Part shown: positions 28,861 through 38,909 of the stretch, piece after piece
Layout: every line of letters starts with the position of its first letter
How positions within the stretch are numbered: position 1 is the first letter of the stretch
Source: a virus
Taxonomy: Duplodnaviria; Caudoviricetes
Virus record (IMG/VR): IMGVR_UViG_3300037692_000137
Span: 160,001-224,000 of that record
Direction: 5' to 3' (one strand)
Length of the DNA stretch: 64,000 nt
Notes under the pieces: model-generated
Databases searched by the model: none
Seen by the model: only the letters and a program-made list of their open reading frames with translations
Told to the model about the DNA's origin: nothing
Made by a program: the position numbers and the translations under genes

Positions 28861-29340
28861 TTATAGTACAGCGTATATTATTAACGGTTCTACAACTATG
28901 TATTTAGTAGAGTCATCATAACCAAAAGCTAGTTTACCTGATTTATCTGGGGTAGCTCTAAATTCAATGGTGGCTACACCATTTACAAACGCTACTTCTA
29001 AAGCACCGTAACCTTGTATTACCGCATAGTCCAGTACATTAACCCCAGTAAGTACATTACCAGTCATATCTTTGAGTGTAGCAGTAACAACAGCTGTATC
29101 ATAACCGTCGGCTTTTATTGTGGTTTTATCTGCAGTAACATAAAGATAAGGCTTAGTAGATACAAACACAGAACTTTCTTTAAATGTGGTTCCATCATAT
29201 AACCACCCTACCTTTGGTTCTGGTATTACTACTGCTGTTTTAGGAATTAACGCTGATTTAGCAGAGTCAAGCGTCATTATATTTACTACAATACCGTTCT
29301 CTATAATAGCATATCTGTTTATGCTCATATAATTCTCCAA
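28861..29340 (-). CDS. Tail-fibre-assembly-like protein with Ig-like domain
   Basis: RYAIIENGIVVNI...GWLYDG; ADKTTIKADG.D.AVVTATLKD. Confidence 0.55.
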   Translation of the reverse strand: MENYMSINRYAIIENGIVVNIMTLDSAKSALIPKTAVVIPEPKVGWLYDGTTFKESSVFVSTKPYLYVTADKTTIKADGYDTAVVTATLKDMTGNVLTGVNVLDYAVIQGYGALEVAFVNGVATIEFRATPDKSGKLAFGYDDSTKYIVVEPLIIYAVL

Positions 29341-29360
29341 GTAGTTTGTTTATTAATATA

Positions 29361-29606
29361 TTATAAAATGGCTTCGTTAGTAATAAGTGCTTTTATATGC
29401 ACCTGATTACTATTTATATCAACTACTTTTCCGAAGGCCTCACAAGCTTGGTTGTAACATGTGAATAGAACAACCATTTCATTAACTCCCCCTGCCCTAA
29501 AAAATTGACCTATAGGTTCTAAGCTGGTTTCTCCACAACACTCACAATAATGCTTGCTACTATTACACATACCTTTATTCATACAGTTCTGACAACTTAA
29601 GTTCAT
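29361..29606 (-). CDS. Cys-rich hypothetical protein
   Basis: AGGAGG RBS; several CxxC. Confidence 0.55.
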   Translation of the reverse strand: MNLSCQNCMNKGMCNSSKHYCECCGETSLEPIGQFFRAGGVNEMVVLFTCYNQACEAFGKVVDINSNQVHIKALITNEAIL

Positions 29607-29628
29607 TTATAGTCCTCCTTTAAAACAA

Positions 29629-30480
29629 TTAAAACATTACAAGCGATTTTAGTATATCTAATAATGTCATTTTTTCATTTAGTCCTATAGCTTTTAGGTA
29701 AACTTCTCCAACAATCCAGCGTTCTTTTGAATAAAGCCTATCTTTATATAGTATTTTAACAAATACAATATTATCTGGGTATATCCTTACTATGTATATA
29801 TCACCGTCATTTAGTACGGTGCGCTCAATAAATGTGGTTTTACTTACTACATCACTTTGTTTAAAGCTTTTAAATGTTTTTTCACAATAAGCTATTTTCT
29901 CTTGTTCAAATTTAAGATGTTGTTTGTAACTAAAATATTTAGCTGTTGTATTGGTTGTTGTAGGTAATATAAGTATAAAGCTTATTATAGCTATCCAACC
30001 TTTAAAAGAAAGCCCTAAAATCCACCGTTTAATTCTATGTAAAACACGTTTATCACTAAGTTTAGCTACATTAGCAGTTGGTATAATTATGTTGTCAGGA
30101 GATATTTCACCTCTTAAATGTTTGTTGGCTATGACTATAAACGCCTTAGCATCAGGTGGCTTTACCATAACCATTTCTCTAGGTACCTTATGAAACTCTA
30201 CTAACTCTTTTACTACCTCTTCTGGTAAATTTCTAGATAATATTAGACATTTATCTGGATCAGCCCCTCCCCTACCAACAAGTTCTAAGCCACTCTCTCT
30301 ATTTTCTAGTATTGTGTCAATGATATACAAATCATAGTCATACCGCATCATACGTTCTCGGGCTTCTTTTAAACTACTAACTGAATGCACTACACAGTCG
30401 TATGGCGCCAGTAATCCTTTGTATAGTTGTATCATAGCTAAACTTTCTTCAGCTACCAGCACTGCCCTTTTATTGGCCAT
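29629..30480 (-). CDS. Receiver-domain protein with a TM segment
   Basis: VLVAEE...LYIIDT...LILS...VKP receiver pattern, then hydrophobic WIAIISFILIL. Confidence 0.65.
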   Translation of the reverse strand: MANKRAVLVAEESLAMIQLYKGLLAPYDCVVHSVSSLKEARERMMRYDYDLYIIDTILENRESGLELVGRGGADPDKCLILSRNLPEEVVKELVEFHKVPREMVMVKPPDAKAFIVIANKHLRGEISPDNIIIPTANVAKLSDKRVLHRIKRWILGLSFKGWIAIISFILILPTTTNTTAKYFSYKQHLKFEQEKIAYCEKTFKSFKQSDVVSKTTFIERTVLNDGDIYIVRIYPDNIVFVKILYKDRLYSKERWIVGEVYLKAIGLNEKMTLLDILKSLVMF

Positions 30481-30493
30481 AGTTATAACCCCG

Positions 30494-31570
30494 TTATTTA
30501 AATATAATATCTAAATCATAATTACAGGCTTTTATAACTGCCAAGCAAGCCTCCACCACTTTATCGTCATACAATTTTCCAGAGCCCTTAGTTATCTCCT
30601 CCATAGCCACATTAATACCTAGAGACGCCCTATAAGGTCTATGCGATGCCATAGCTTCTACTGTATCTGCTACACCTAGTATCCTAGATTCTATAGATAT
30701 CTGATCCCCTCTTAAACCATTTGGATATCCAGATCCGTCTAGTCTTTCATGATGCTGTAATACCATTCTAGCTATTGGTGCTTCAAAAGGAATGTCACTA
30801 ATTATATTGTATCCTTCTATAACATGTTTTTTTAATAATTTAAACTCTGTCTCATTCAATTTGGTTGGTTTAACCAGTAGCTCTTGTGGCACATAAAACT
30901 TTCCTATGTCATGCAACATGCCAGCCAACTTTATATTTTCTATTTGTGTTTCATCTAAACCATAATACTCAGAAATTTTTACGGCCAGGGCTGTAACACG
31001 CTTTTGATGACCGGCCGTATATGGATCTCGTATCTCCATAGTTTTTGATAAGGCCTCTACAGTTTTATATAAAATACTACTTAAGTCTTTATTGGCCACT
31101 GCTAATTTTTCATTTGTTGCTGCTAAATTATCTGTTCTTTCTTTAACAAGCTTTTCTAGTTGTTGTTGATACATTTGGTTATCTCTAACCAAGTCATGTT
31201 TCTCTAAACACTGGGTTACAGAATGCTTTAATATTTCTAACGTTATTGGCTTAGTTATAAAGTCACAGGCACCTTTTCTCAGGGCCTCCACCACGAATTC
31301 ATTACATGTATTACCTGTTATTATAATAATCTGTGATGGAGGGTACAATGCTTTAATTTTATCCATTAAGTCTAGGCCCATAGCATCAGGAAGACCTATG
31401 TCTAATAGCACTATTGGTGGAGAGTACTTTTTAAACGCAACTATACCGTCCACCCCTTTAGTAGCATTAATTATATTATCGAACCCAATTACAGATAACA
31501 TTGTACTTATAACAGATAATATAGACTGGTCGTCGTCTATTACAAGTATAGGTTCTTTTATTCTTGTCAT
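30494..31570 (-). CDS. Response regulator with HD-GYP phosphodiesterase domain (RpfG-like)
   Basis: Receiver IDDD/LLDI/IITG/TKP; HD-GYP GHQKRV, LHDIGK, HHERLDGSGYP, VADTVEAM..RPYR. Confidence 0.93.
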   Translation of the reverse strand: MTRIKEPILVIDDDQSILSVISTMLSVIGFDNIINATKGVDGIVAFKKYSPPIVLLDIGLPDAMGLDLMDKIKALYPPSQIIIITGNTCNEFVVEALRKGACDFITKPITLEILKHSVTQCLEKHDLVRDNQMYQQQLEKLVKERTDNLAATNEKLAVANKDLSSILYKTVEALSKTMEIRDPYTAGHQKRVTALAVKISEYYGLDETQIENIKLAGMLHDIGKFYVPQELLVKPTKLNETEFKLLKKHVIEGYNIISDIPFEAPIARMVLQHHERLDGSGYPNGLRGDQISIESRILGVADTVEAMASHRPYRASLGINVAMEEITKGSGKLYDDKVVEACLAVIKACNYDLDIIFK

Positions 31571-31603
31571 TTAAAGTCTCCAAAAAATCTGTAGAGTGTT
31601 TAC

Positions 31604-31918
31604 TTACGGAGTAGTTAGTATAGACAATAACGTATCAATTTGTTCTATACTTAAACCTAATTTTATAGCTAGATCTGCTTTTGCTTCTAGCTTACTATCT
31701 TCTGTTACAGTACCGACCAGTAATAACTCATATACGGTAGGTGGTGACGGCACCGGATCTAAAGCGTTATGTGCTTCTTCTTCTGTATCAAACCAATACC
31801 ACCCGTCCATAGGGTAAGTATATGTTTCATGCAAGTCCGCGCGTAGTGTAAAAGTGGGGGCATACACAAAGTTGTCTGCTACTAATAGTATTTGGCTATC
31901 CATTTTATAGAACGACAT
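31604..31918 (-). CDS. Small fibre-associated protein
   Basis: YTYPMDGWYWFDTEEEA; follows the repeat protein. Confidence 0.55.
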   Translation of the reverse strand: MSFYKMDSQILLVADNFVYAPTFTLRADLHETYTYPMDGWYWFDTEEEAHNALDPVPSPPTVYELLLVGTVTEDSKLEAKADLAIKLGLSIEQIDTLLSILTTP

Positions 31919-31928
31919 AATAATCTCC

Positions 31929-34823
31929 TTATGATCCTGCTACTGTCCAACCTTTTGCAGTAGCTATAGATGGGGTATCTAAAGGTATACCGTGGTTCCC
32001 TGTTACAGTTATTGTTTGTCCGGATACGGTAGCTAAATTGGTATATAGTAAGTCTAAACTTTCGGAAGAAAGATTGCAGTTTGCTACTGTAAAAGTATAT
32101 TTAAACCCAATAGCCTCTACACATGCCAGATTTGTGCAGCCAAAAAACATATTAGAATAGGCTGAGGATGATGAGGCTTTGTTAACATTAATAGCAGGAA
32201 CCAAATTTAAAGTATTACAATTTTGGAACATGGTTCCAAAAGCAGTACCATTAGCTGTATTTAATAGTGGTATAGTTTGTAGTGATGAACAATTACTAAA
32301 CATACCAGTAAATGTTATACCTGCTACTGTATTTAATAAAGGTATAGTTTGCAAAGAAGAACAACCATTAAACATACTACTAAAGTTAGTACCTAATGTG
32401 GTATTTAATAAAGACATTACACGTAAAGAGCTACAATTAAAAAACATATAACTAAAGTTAGTACCTTTGGCCGTATTAATAACAGGCATTTCTTCTAAAG
32501 AATAGCAGCCATAAAACATGTAATTAAAATTAGTGACGTTAGCGGTATCCAACAAAGGTATGGTTGGTAAAGATGGGCAGTTTTTAAACATATAACTAAA
32601 AGTGGTACAGACTGAAGTAGTAAGTGTAGGTATTTTTTGTAGGGATAAGCAGTTTTCAAACATACTATTCATGACAGTAGCTTTACTAGTATCAATTAAA
32701 GGGATTGTTTGTAACGTAGAGCAATTAACAAACATATAACTAAAGTTAGTACCCTTAGATGTATTAAATAGAGGTATGGTTTTTAATGATAGGCAACCAT
32801 AGAACATGTTATTAAAATTGGTGCAGTTTGACGTGTCTAGTAACGGAAGTTCCTGAAGAGAAACACAATCATAAAAAGTTGAGCTAAAACTAGGGCATTT
32901 AGAGGTATTAATCAAGGGTATGGTGATTAATGAGTAGCAGCTATAAAACATGTTTATAAAATTAGTGCCATTACTTGTATTAATTAAAGGTATGGTTTGT
33001 AGAGATCTACAATTAGAAAACATGTAACTGAAGTTGGTAACTAAACTTGTATCAAGTAGTGGTACGGTAATTAATGAATAACAACTTGAAAAAGTGCTAG
33101 AAAAATTTACACAACTACTTGTATCCAAAAGAGGTATCTCTTTTAAAGAGTAGCAATATGTGAATGTATTACCAAAATTAGTTACATTAGTGGTATTAAA
33201 TAAGGGTATTTCAACTAATGAGTTGCAACCATTAAACATGTAATAAAAATTTGTTGCGTTGGCAGTGCTTAATAAAGGAACTATTTGCAAAGCAGTGCAA
33301 CCAGTAAACATATAACTAAAATCAATACCTAAAGATGTATCAAATAAAGTTATGGTTTGTAATGCCGGGCAGTCTTGAAACATGTGGCTAAAATTAGTGC
33401 AGTTATCAAAACTCATACTACCTGTAGTTAGTAGTGATCTACAGCCACTAAACATATACATACAATACGTACATGAGTTTGCTGTTATATCTGGAGCCGT
33501 CTGCAAAGAGTAGCAATATGAAAACATATATGAGGTAGTGGTAGCAACCGGTAGTACTATATTACCTATTTCAACTAAAGATGTGCAATGATCAAACATG
33601 TATTCAAGGGTTACAGCTGCAGATAAATCCAATTGAGGTACTGACAGTAGAGAGTAACAATTTTGAAACATTCTATCGAGAGTAACACCACTAACAAGAT
33701 TTATTGCTGGAATAGCCACTAATGATGTACAAAAGTTAAACATGTTACCAAACGCAATTCCAGTAGAAAGGTCCAATAAAGGTATGGTACCTAAACTATA
33801 GCAATTCATAAACATACTTGAAAATATAGTACCGTTTGAAGTGTCAATTAATGGTATTTCTTGTAAAGAATAGCAGTTATAGAACATAGAATTAAAATTA
33901 GTGACGTTAGCGGTATTAAATAATGGTATAGTAATAAGAGATATACAATTATAAAACATATTCAGGCAAGTAGTGCCGTTGGTTGTGTTAAATAGGTTAA
34001 CATCCTGCAATGATGTACAGGCGTAAAACATACTACTGAAAGTAGTACACGCTGTTGTATATAAATCTACACTTCTTAAACCACTGCAACTGTAGAAGAT
34101 ATAACTAAGGTCTGTAATATTGTTTTGGTATAACTTTACTTGTTCTAAACGTGAAAAACCTATGTATTGATTTCCTGCAGTATAACAACCTACCAGTAGC
34201 GTAGATAAATTTGCGCCAGCAATGGCTATATCAATAAAGCCTGAATCATACTTTTGTAGATTAGCTTTATTGTGTTTTCTATGAAGGTCTAATACAGTTA
34301 AACTTTGACCTGCTTGTGGTATAATAGTTACTATGGCCTGTTTATAGCCACGAGAACACTCAGTACCATCAAGATTAGCATTATTGTAATCATACTCATG
34401 ATAGGCCACTACACTGGAAGTATAGTTTTCTACAGTACCATCACCCCAATCTACAGTATAATCACCATCAGCAGTTAGTGCGCAAAAGGACTCATATTTA
34501 GATACCGCATGTAGCCCTACGAACTTCTCATCAGCACCTGATATAGTAGGTAACTCCAACCAGTCATCAGGTCTTTCCCAAGGCGTACCGCTAGTAGTTA
34601 AATTATCGTAAGATAGGGCATAGTTTGGGAATATTACAGGGTCTTTAGGTAGGGTTATACCGCTGCCCCCACCAGTACCAGAAATGGTTATATCGTCTAT
34701 TTTTCCAGCATAGGATCTAAAAGTAGTATCTACAGGAACAGTACCTCCTTTATTAATTATAGACTGTCTAATAAGATCCTTGGTATCATTTAAGTAAGTT
34801 AGTTTTTCGGCTATAGTAGTCAT
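31929..34823 (-). CDS. BspA/DUF285-type leucine-rich-repeat surface/fibre protein
   Basis: About 30 tandem 22-aa repeats (MF..C.SL..IPL..T...TNF); PKD-like WGDG motif. Confidence 0.85.
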   Translation of the reverse strand: MTTIAEKLTYLNDTKDLIRQSIINKGGTVPVDTTFRSYAGKIDDITISGTGGGSGITLPKDPVIFPNYALSYDNLTTSGTPWERPDDWLELPTISGADEKFVGLHAVSKYESFCALTADGDYTVDWGDGTVENYTSSVVAYHEYDYNNANLDGTECSRGYKQAIVTIIPQAGQSLTVLDLHRKHNKANLQKYDSGFIDIAIAGANLSTLLVGCYTAGNQYIGFSRLEQVKLYQNNITDLSYIFYSCSGLRSVDLYTTACTTFSSMFYACTSLQDVNLFNTTNGTTCLNMFYNCISLITIPLFNTANVTNFNSMFYNCYSLQEIPLIDTSNGTIFSSMFMNCYSLGTIPLLDLSTGIAFGNMFNFCTSLVAIPAINLVSGVTLDRMFQNCYSLLSVPQLDLSAAVTLEYMFDHCTSLVEIGNIVLPVATTTSYMFSYCYSLQTAPDITANSCTYCMYMFSGCRSLLTTGSMSFDNCTNFSHMFQDCPALQTITLFDTSLGIDFSYMFTGCTALQIVPLLSTANATNFYYMFNGCNSLVEIPLFNTTNVTNFGNTFTYCYSLKEIPLLDTSSCVNFSSTFSSCYSLITVPLLDTSLVTNFSYMFSNCRSLQTIPLINTSNGTNFINMFYSCYSLITIPLINTSKCPSFSSTFYDCVSLQELPLLDTSNCTNFNNMFYGCLSLKTIPLFNTSKGTNFSYMFVNCSTLQTIPLIDTSKATVMNSMFENCLSLQKIPTLTTSVCTTFSYMFKNCPSLPTIPLLDTANVTNFNYMFYGCYSLEEMPVINTAKGTNFSYMFFNCSSLRVMSLLNTTLGTNFSSMFNGCSSLQTIPLLNTVAGITFTGMFSNCSSLQTIPLLNTANGTAFGTMFQNCNTLNLVPAINVNKASSSSAYSNMFFGCTNLACVEAIGFKYTFTVANCNLSSESLDLLYTNLATVSGQTITVTGNHGIPLDTPSIATAKGWTVAGS

Positions 34824-34828
34824 ATTAT

Positions 34829-35077
34829 TTATTCACCATTTATGGCATCAAGTGCAGCACCAATATCGCCTATAACTGACGCACTTACACCTATCTGTGC
34901 CCAAACATTAGGGCTTATACTTTTTAGCATCCACCTTGTATCATCGCTAAGTTGGTGCACATCTTTACCTACATCATCCGCTACTAAATCTGTTGCTGCT
35001 AACCTATCCGCCGCATCAGCGAATAGTCTAATGTATGGATCAATGCTTATGGTGTTAGAATATTTTGTAAAAGCCAT
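34829..35077 (-). CDS. Hypothetical protein
   Basis: GGGGG RBS; operon context. Confidence 0.55.
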   Translation of the reverse strand: MAFTKYSNTISIDPYIRLFADAADRLAATDLVADDVGKDVHQLSDDTRWMLKSISPNVWAQIGVSASVIGDIGAALDAINGE

Positions 35078-35090
35078 CTATAACCCCCTA

Positions 35091-35429
35091 TTATATTAAT
35101 ATGTTTACTTTTATACTATCGGTTCCAGAAGATAGTTTTATTACCTTTGTTTGTGTGTCAGAGTAATTTTGTACTGTATAGTCAGTATTATATCTTACCT
35201 CGTACAGTCCGTCTTCAGGTATAAGCTCTAAAATTTGTACTAGCCTAATCCCATCTGTATCTGACGCGTGTGTAGCGGTTACTTCTTGATTTTGACTAAC
35301 CCCACTAAAGGTAGTTTGTACTACAGAGACAGAGGAACCTCCTATAAAACTGTCTTCGCCAAAGTTATCCACAGCTATGGTGTTAATCTCTGTTATTTCA
35401 TTGTTTAGTACTTGTGAATAATTTACCAT
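35091..35429 (-). CDS. Small structural protein, paralog of the next two ORFs
   Basis: MVNYS...; ends IKVNILI. Confidence 0.7.
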   Translation of the reverse strand: MVNYSQVLNNEITEINTIAVDNFGEDSFIGGSSVSVVQTTFSGVSQNQEVTATHASDTDGIRLVQILELIPEDGLYEVRYNTDYTVQNYSDTQTKVIKLSSGTDSIKVNILI

Positions 35430-35442
35430 GTAGTTATCCTCG

Positions 35443-35784
35443 TTAAGCTAATAAGATATTAACTTTAATAGTAGCAGTACCAGAAGACACTTTAGTTACT
35501 GTTGTTATAGTATCAGACTTATTTGACACAGTATAGTTAGCAACGTCTTGTAAGTGGTATAAGCCACTACCTACTTGTAGTTCATAAACCTGAGCTATTA
35601 TGCCTGAAGCATTACTGCCATGTGTTATTATGACGGTGTCATTTTGTCCTATGTTACTAAACACATTTTGTAGTGTACTAGAAGCAGTTCCTCCGTCGCC
35701 AATAAAACTGTCAGCCCCGTATTCAGTTGCCACAGTATTTATTTCTTTTATGTAGTTATTAGTTATTAATGAGTAATTAAGCAT
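35443..35784 (-). CDS. Small structural protein, paralog
   Basis: MLNYS...; ends IKVNILLA. Confidence 0.7.
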   Translation of the reverse strand: MLNYSLITNNYIKEINTVATEYGADSFIGDGGTASSTLQNVFSNIGQNDTVIITHGSNASGIIAQVYELQVGSGLYHLQDVANYTVSNKSDTITTVTKVSSGTATIKVNILLA

Positions 35785-35804
35785 AATGTATTCTCCAAAG
35801 TATA

Positions 35805-38447
35805 TTAAGGCAATATAGTATTAACTTTAACATTACTACTACCAGCACTAGTTTTTACTATTTTTGTGGTTGTACTAGATGTATTTGTTATTGTGTAGTC
35901 TGAGTTCATTTTAAGCGTATAGAACCCATATTCATCGTAGTTTAAAGTTACTTGGTCTAAACTGGGTGTTACTGTAGAATTGCTGGTATTAAATAGAAAA
36001 GCAAAGTCCAAAAAAGGTTCTGTGGTTACATAGTAGTTTGCTAATGCTGTCTCTAATTCAGTAGTAGTATTCCATCCAGCTGTATTAGCTATACCGGGAT
36101 GAGTAACAAATGAGGAGCCATTCCAGTTTTTCCAAGTTACTCTACCATCAAAGGATACTAAGCAGCCAAGAGAGGTATCGCTGGGCTTTAAAGTGTCTAT
36201 GGCTAGTGAGTTTATTTGAACTACGTGCGCTAGATTTATTTGATTATCATCAGAGGTGGTTACATATTTAGGTATAATGGTGTATCCCATATTAAGTTCT
36301 AACATTTCTACCTCTGATATTTGTAGTGTGTCGTTGGTAGTAGCATTCCGGTTACATGCAGTAATGTTCAGTCTGTACCACCTATAGGCAGTAGTATTGG
36401 AAAAAGTGTAGGCTTTTATCTGGCTATAAGAGGAGGGCTCCCCCGTTCTAGTGTCTAAGGTTATCCAAGTTCCATTTGTTATACCATCAGTTGAATCGTT
36501 AGATGCTTGAAAGGTCCAATCTTTTGGTAGCATGTCAGCATAAGTATTTGATATACCAGTTAAAGTATATCTAACTATTATTTTTTCATTTCCGGCGCCA
36601 AAGTCATATCCCAGGATAGCAGGTAGTATGCTTTGATACCAGTACCATGAAGTACCATTGCTATGTCCCCCTCTAATATTGTCAAAAGCTTTAGCCGGAG
36701 TATTAGTACCGTATACCTCACCATTTCCAAAAGCTTTAGTGCCATCAATACATACGTCAACTGTATATAAATAAGGTATTCCCAAAAAGCCCGCAGTATA
36801 ACCGTCTGGCACGCTGTAAGTAAAAGGGCTCCCCCCAAAGTTTGCAGTAAGTGTAGTTAGTGGTTTATTATCTCTACCAGAAACCGCTACAAAATAAGGG
36901 GCATTTTTTGTAAATGTAGCTGTATATTCAAAAACACCGTTTATGTAATAAGTTACTTGTTTGTTGTCCGCGTCTATAGCTAACCCCACTGTGCTACCTG
37001 TACCAAATATGGCCGTTCCGGTTTTTACTACGGCAGCACCTACATATATAGCGCTATTTTGTGCGTCTAAACAAGTAGCACTAGTTGCCGTAACTGAACT
37101 CATCAAATTATTGTTTAAAACAGCATCAGTAGAAACAATACCAACAAAAGAGTCGTAAGTAGCTGATGCCTGATCACAATGTATTTCACAATAGTATTTA
37201 CCTGTTGTTACACTTAAAAGTGTAGTTACTATATCATTATCAGGCACATTGGCAGTAAGGTTACCATTACTTAGAACAACACTAGCACCCTTTGTTAAAG
37301 GACTAAAGGTGGTAGGCGCTATACTAGGCACCAAATTAAGTTGTGCTATTGCGTCTACAGTAGTTGAATCAGACACATATAAAATATTACTATCTGAGTT
37401 TAAAAATAAACTAGCCACAGAGCTCACATACTTACCTACTGGTAAGGATATTAAACCATAAACGGCCGTGGTTATATCCCATGGCGTAGTTAATACACAT
37501 TGATACACGTATAGGCTTAAGTTACCACCAATAAATAATGTGGTTCCGTCATTAGATAAACAAAAGGCCACTACTCCGCCATCTATCGAGTTTGCATTAA
37601 AAGCACCTATAAAAGTTATAGTACTTAAATCCCACGGAGTGGTTAAAGTATATTGACTTATAATATCAGTAGAAATACTTACAGAGTATAACCTTGTTCC
37701 ATCAGCATTAGCCCACAGCTCAACAGAGGTTACGGCTTCTCCTTGTGTGCCCATAGTGTAGTAGGTAACTTCTGTGGTAGCTGTGCTAATATCCCATGGG
37801 GTACTTAAATTTAATCTTTTTATTCTGTCTGGTGTTGTGTTGGTGGTTGCAACCAATACTATAGTACCGTCCTCATTTATTACTATACCTTCGACATCTA
37901 CTATGTCATATGACTTATTAGTATAGCTAATAGTGGTTATATCCCATGCCGTGCTCAAGGCATACTGATGTATTTTATCAGTGATTTTATCTGCTACATA
38001 AACCTTAGTTCCATCAGCACTAATACAAAAGTCACTATGTGTTGTCGCCTGTGTTATAGCCCCTTTTCCTATGCAAGTTGCGATTGGCAAGTAAATCCCG
38101 CCGGAGCCCGTTGACCGTTTTAGTTTAACCATACCACCAACAAACTCAGTGCCGCTTACAGTGTCTTCTTGTATAAACTGATCCGCATCAATTAAGTCAA
38201 AGTCTAGTGACGTGTTAACTATATTATCTGTCGCCGGTATCAGTTCATAGACCTGTGTTATACGTTTATCTAAAGTATCCTCAGCATGCGTTACAGTTGC
38301 TATACCGCTTTGTGTAACATTATTATAAGCATTACTAATCATATTAACAGAACCACTATCGGAAGTAAAACTACTAGCTCCTTCTAGTACTGCTTTATCG
38401 TTAGCAGTCTTTATTTGGGTGTTGATTAATTCTGAATAATTGACCAT
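35805..38447 (-). CDS. Receptor-binding/adhesin protein: beta-propeller + SPRY + discoidin-like domains
   Basis: Repeated LSTPWDIST blades; SPRY TGKYYCEI...VGLAIDAD; F5/8C-like PKDWTFQASND...YRWYRLNIT. Confidence 0.75.
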   Translation of the reverse strand: MVNYSELINTQIKTANDKAVLEGASSFTSDSGSVNMISNAYNNVTQSGIATVTHAEDTLDKRITQVYELIPATDNIVNTSLDFDLIDADQFIQEDTVSGTEFVGGMVKLKRSTGSGGIYLPIATCIGKGAITQATTHSDFCISADGTKVYVADKITDKIHQYALSTAWDITTISYTNKSYDIVDVEGIVINEDGTIVLVATTNTTPDRIKRLNLSTPWDISTATTEVTYYTMGTQGEAVTSVELWANADGTRLYSVSISTDIISQYTLTTPWDLSTITFIGAFNANSIDGGVVAFCLSNDGTTLFIGGNLSLYVYQCVLTTPWDITTAVYGLISLPVGKYVSSVASLFLNSDSNILYVSDSTTVDAIAQLNLVPSIAPTTFSPLTKGASVVLSNGNLTANVPDNDIVTTLLSVTTGKYYCEIHCDQASATYDSFVGIVSTDAVLNNNLMSSVTATSATCLDAQNSAIYVGAAVVKTGTAIFGTGSTVGLAIDADNKQVTYYINGVFEYTATFTKNAPYFVAVSGRDNKPLTTLTANFGGSPFTYSVPDGYTAGFLGIPYLYTVDVCIDGTKAFGNGEVYGTNTPAKAFDNIRGGHSNGTSWYWYQSILPAILGYDFGAGNEKIIVRYTLTGISNTYADMLPKDWTFQASNDSTDGITNGTWITLDTRTGEPSSYSQIKAYTFSNTTAYRWYRLNITACNRNATTNDTLQISEVEMLELNMGYTIIPKYVTTSDDNQINLAHVVQINSLAIDTLKPSDTSLGCLVSFDGRVTWKNWNGSSFVTHPGIANTAGWNTTTELETALANYYVTTEPFLDFAFLFNTSNSTVTPSLDQVTLNYDEYGFYTLKMNSDYTITNTSSTTTKIVKTSAGSSNVKVNTILP

Positions 38448-38554
38448 TAGTATTATCTCCTATTTAAACACACATCTTTTTATTATTGTTATTACAGATT
38501 TTTTAACACGCACCCAATTAACCACATGTACGACCACCATGTTCTAAAAGCAAG

Positions 38555-38821
38555 TCAGTGGTCGTGGTCTAAAAGCAAGTCATTAATAAACTGGAACCAC
38601 TGCTCCTCCACGGACGCCAGTATGATACCAGGCACAGGTCCAAATGCCTTAACCATCAGTTCCCTTTCTTTATTGGTGGTATGCAACAGGTTGTTTATAC
38701 TGAAGTATAAATCCATCAAATCAGGTGTATCCATACCTTTAATAATTCTAGTTAAACAGTTGTTACATATAGCCTTGTTATCAGGGTTATTAGCTTTACA
38801 ATGTCTGTCTATGCACTTCAT
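38555..38821 (-). CDS. Hypothetical protein
   Basis: AAGGG RBS; Cys motifs. Confidence 0.5.
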   Translation of the reverse strand: MKCIDRHCKANNPDNKAICNNCLTRIIKGMDTPDLMDLYFSINNLLHTTNKERELMVKAFGPVPGIILASVEEQWFQFINDLLLDHDH

Positions 38822-38909
38822 AATATGTCCCTTAAGTTTCTATAATATACATAGGATAGTTTATTAAAAAACAAGGCTCTTTATCATAATATATAAAACA
38901 CTAATAACA

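Noticed and set aside
31929-38447. Diversity-generating retroelement targeting fibre genes
   Set aside because: No reverse transcriptase and no TR/VR pair differing at adenines was seen
527-38867. Plus-strand ORF-track entries in the late block (e.g. 2895..3368, 12737..13429, 22493..22810)
   Set aside because: Antisense shadows of well-supported genes, with no RBS or motifs
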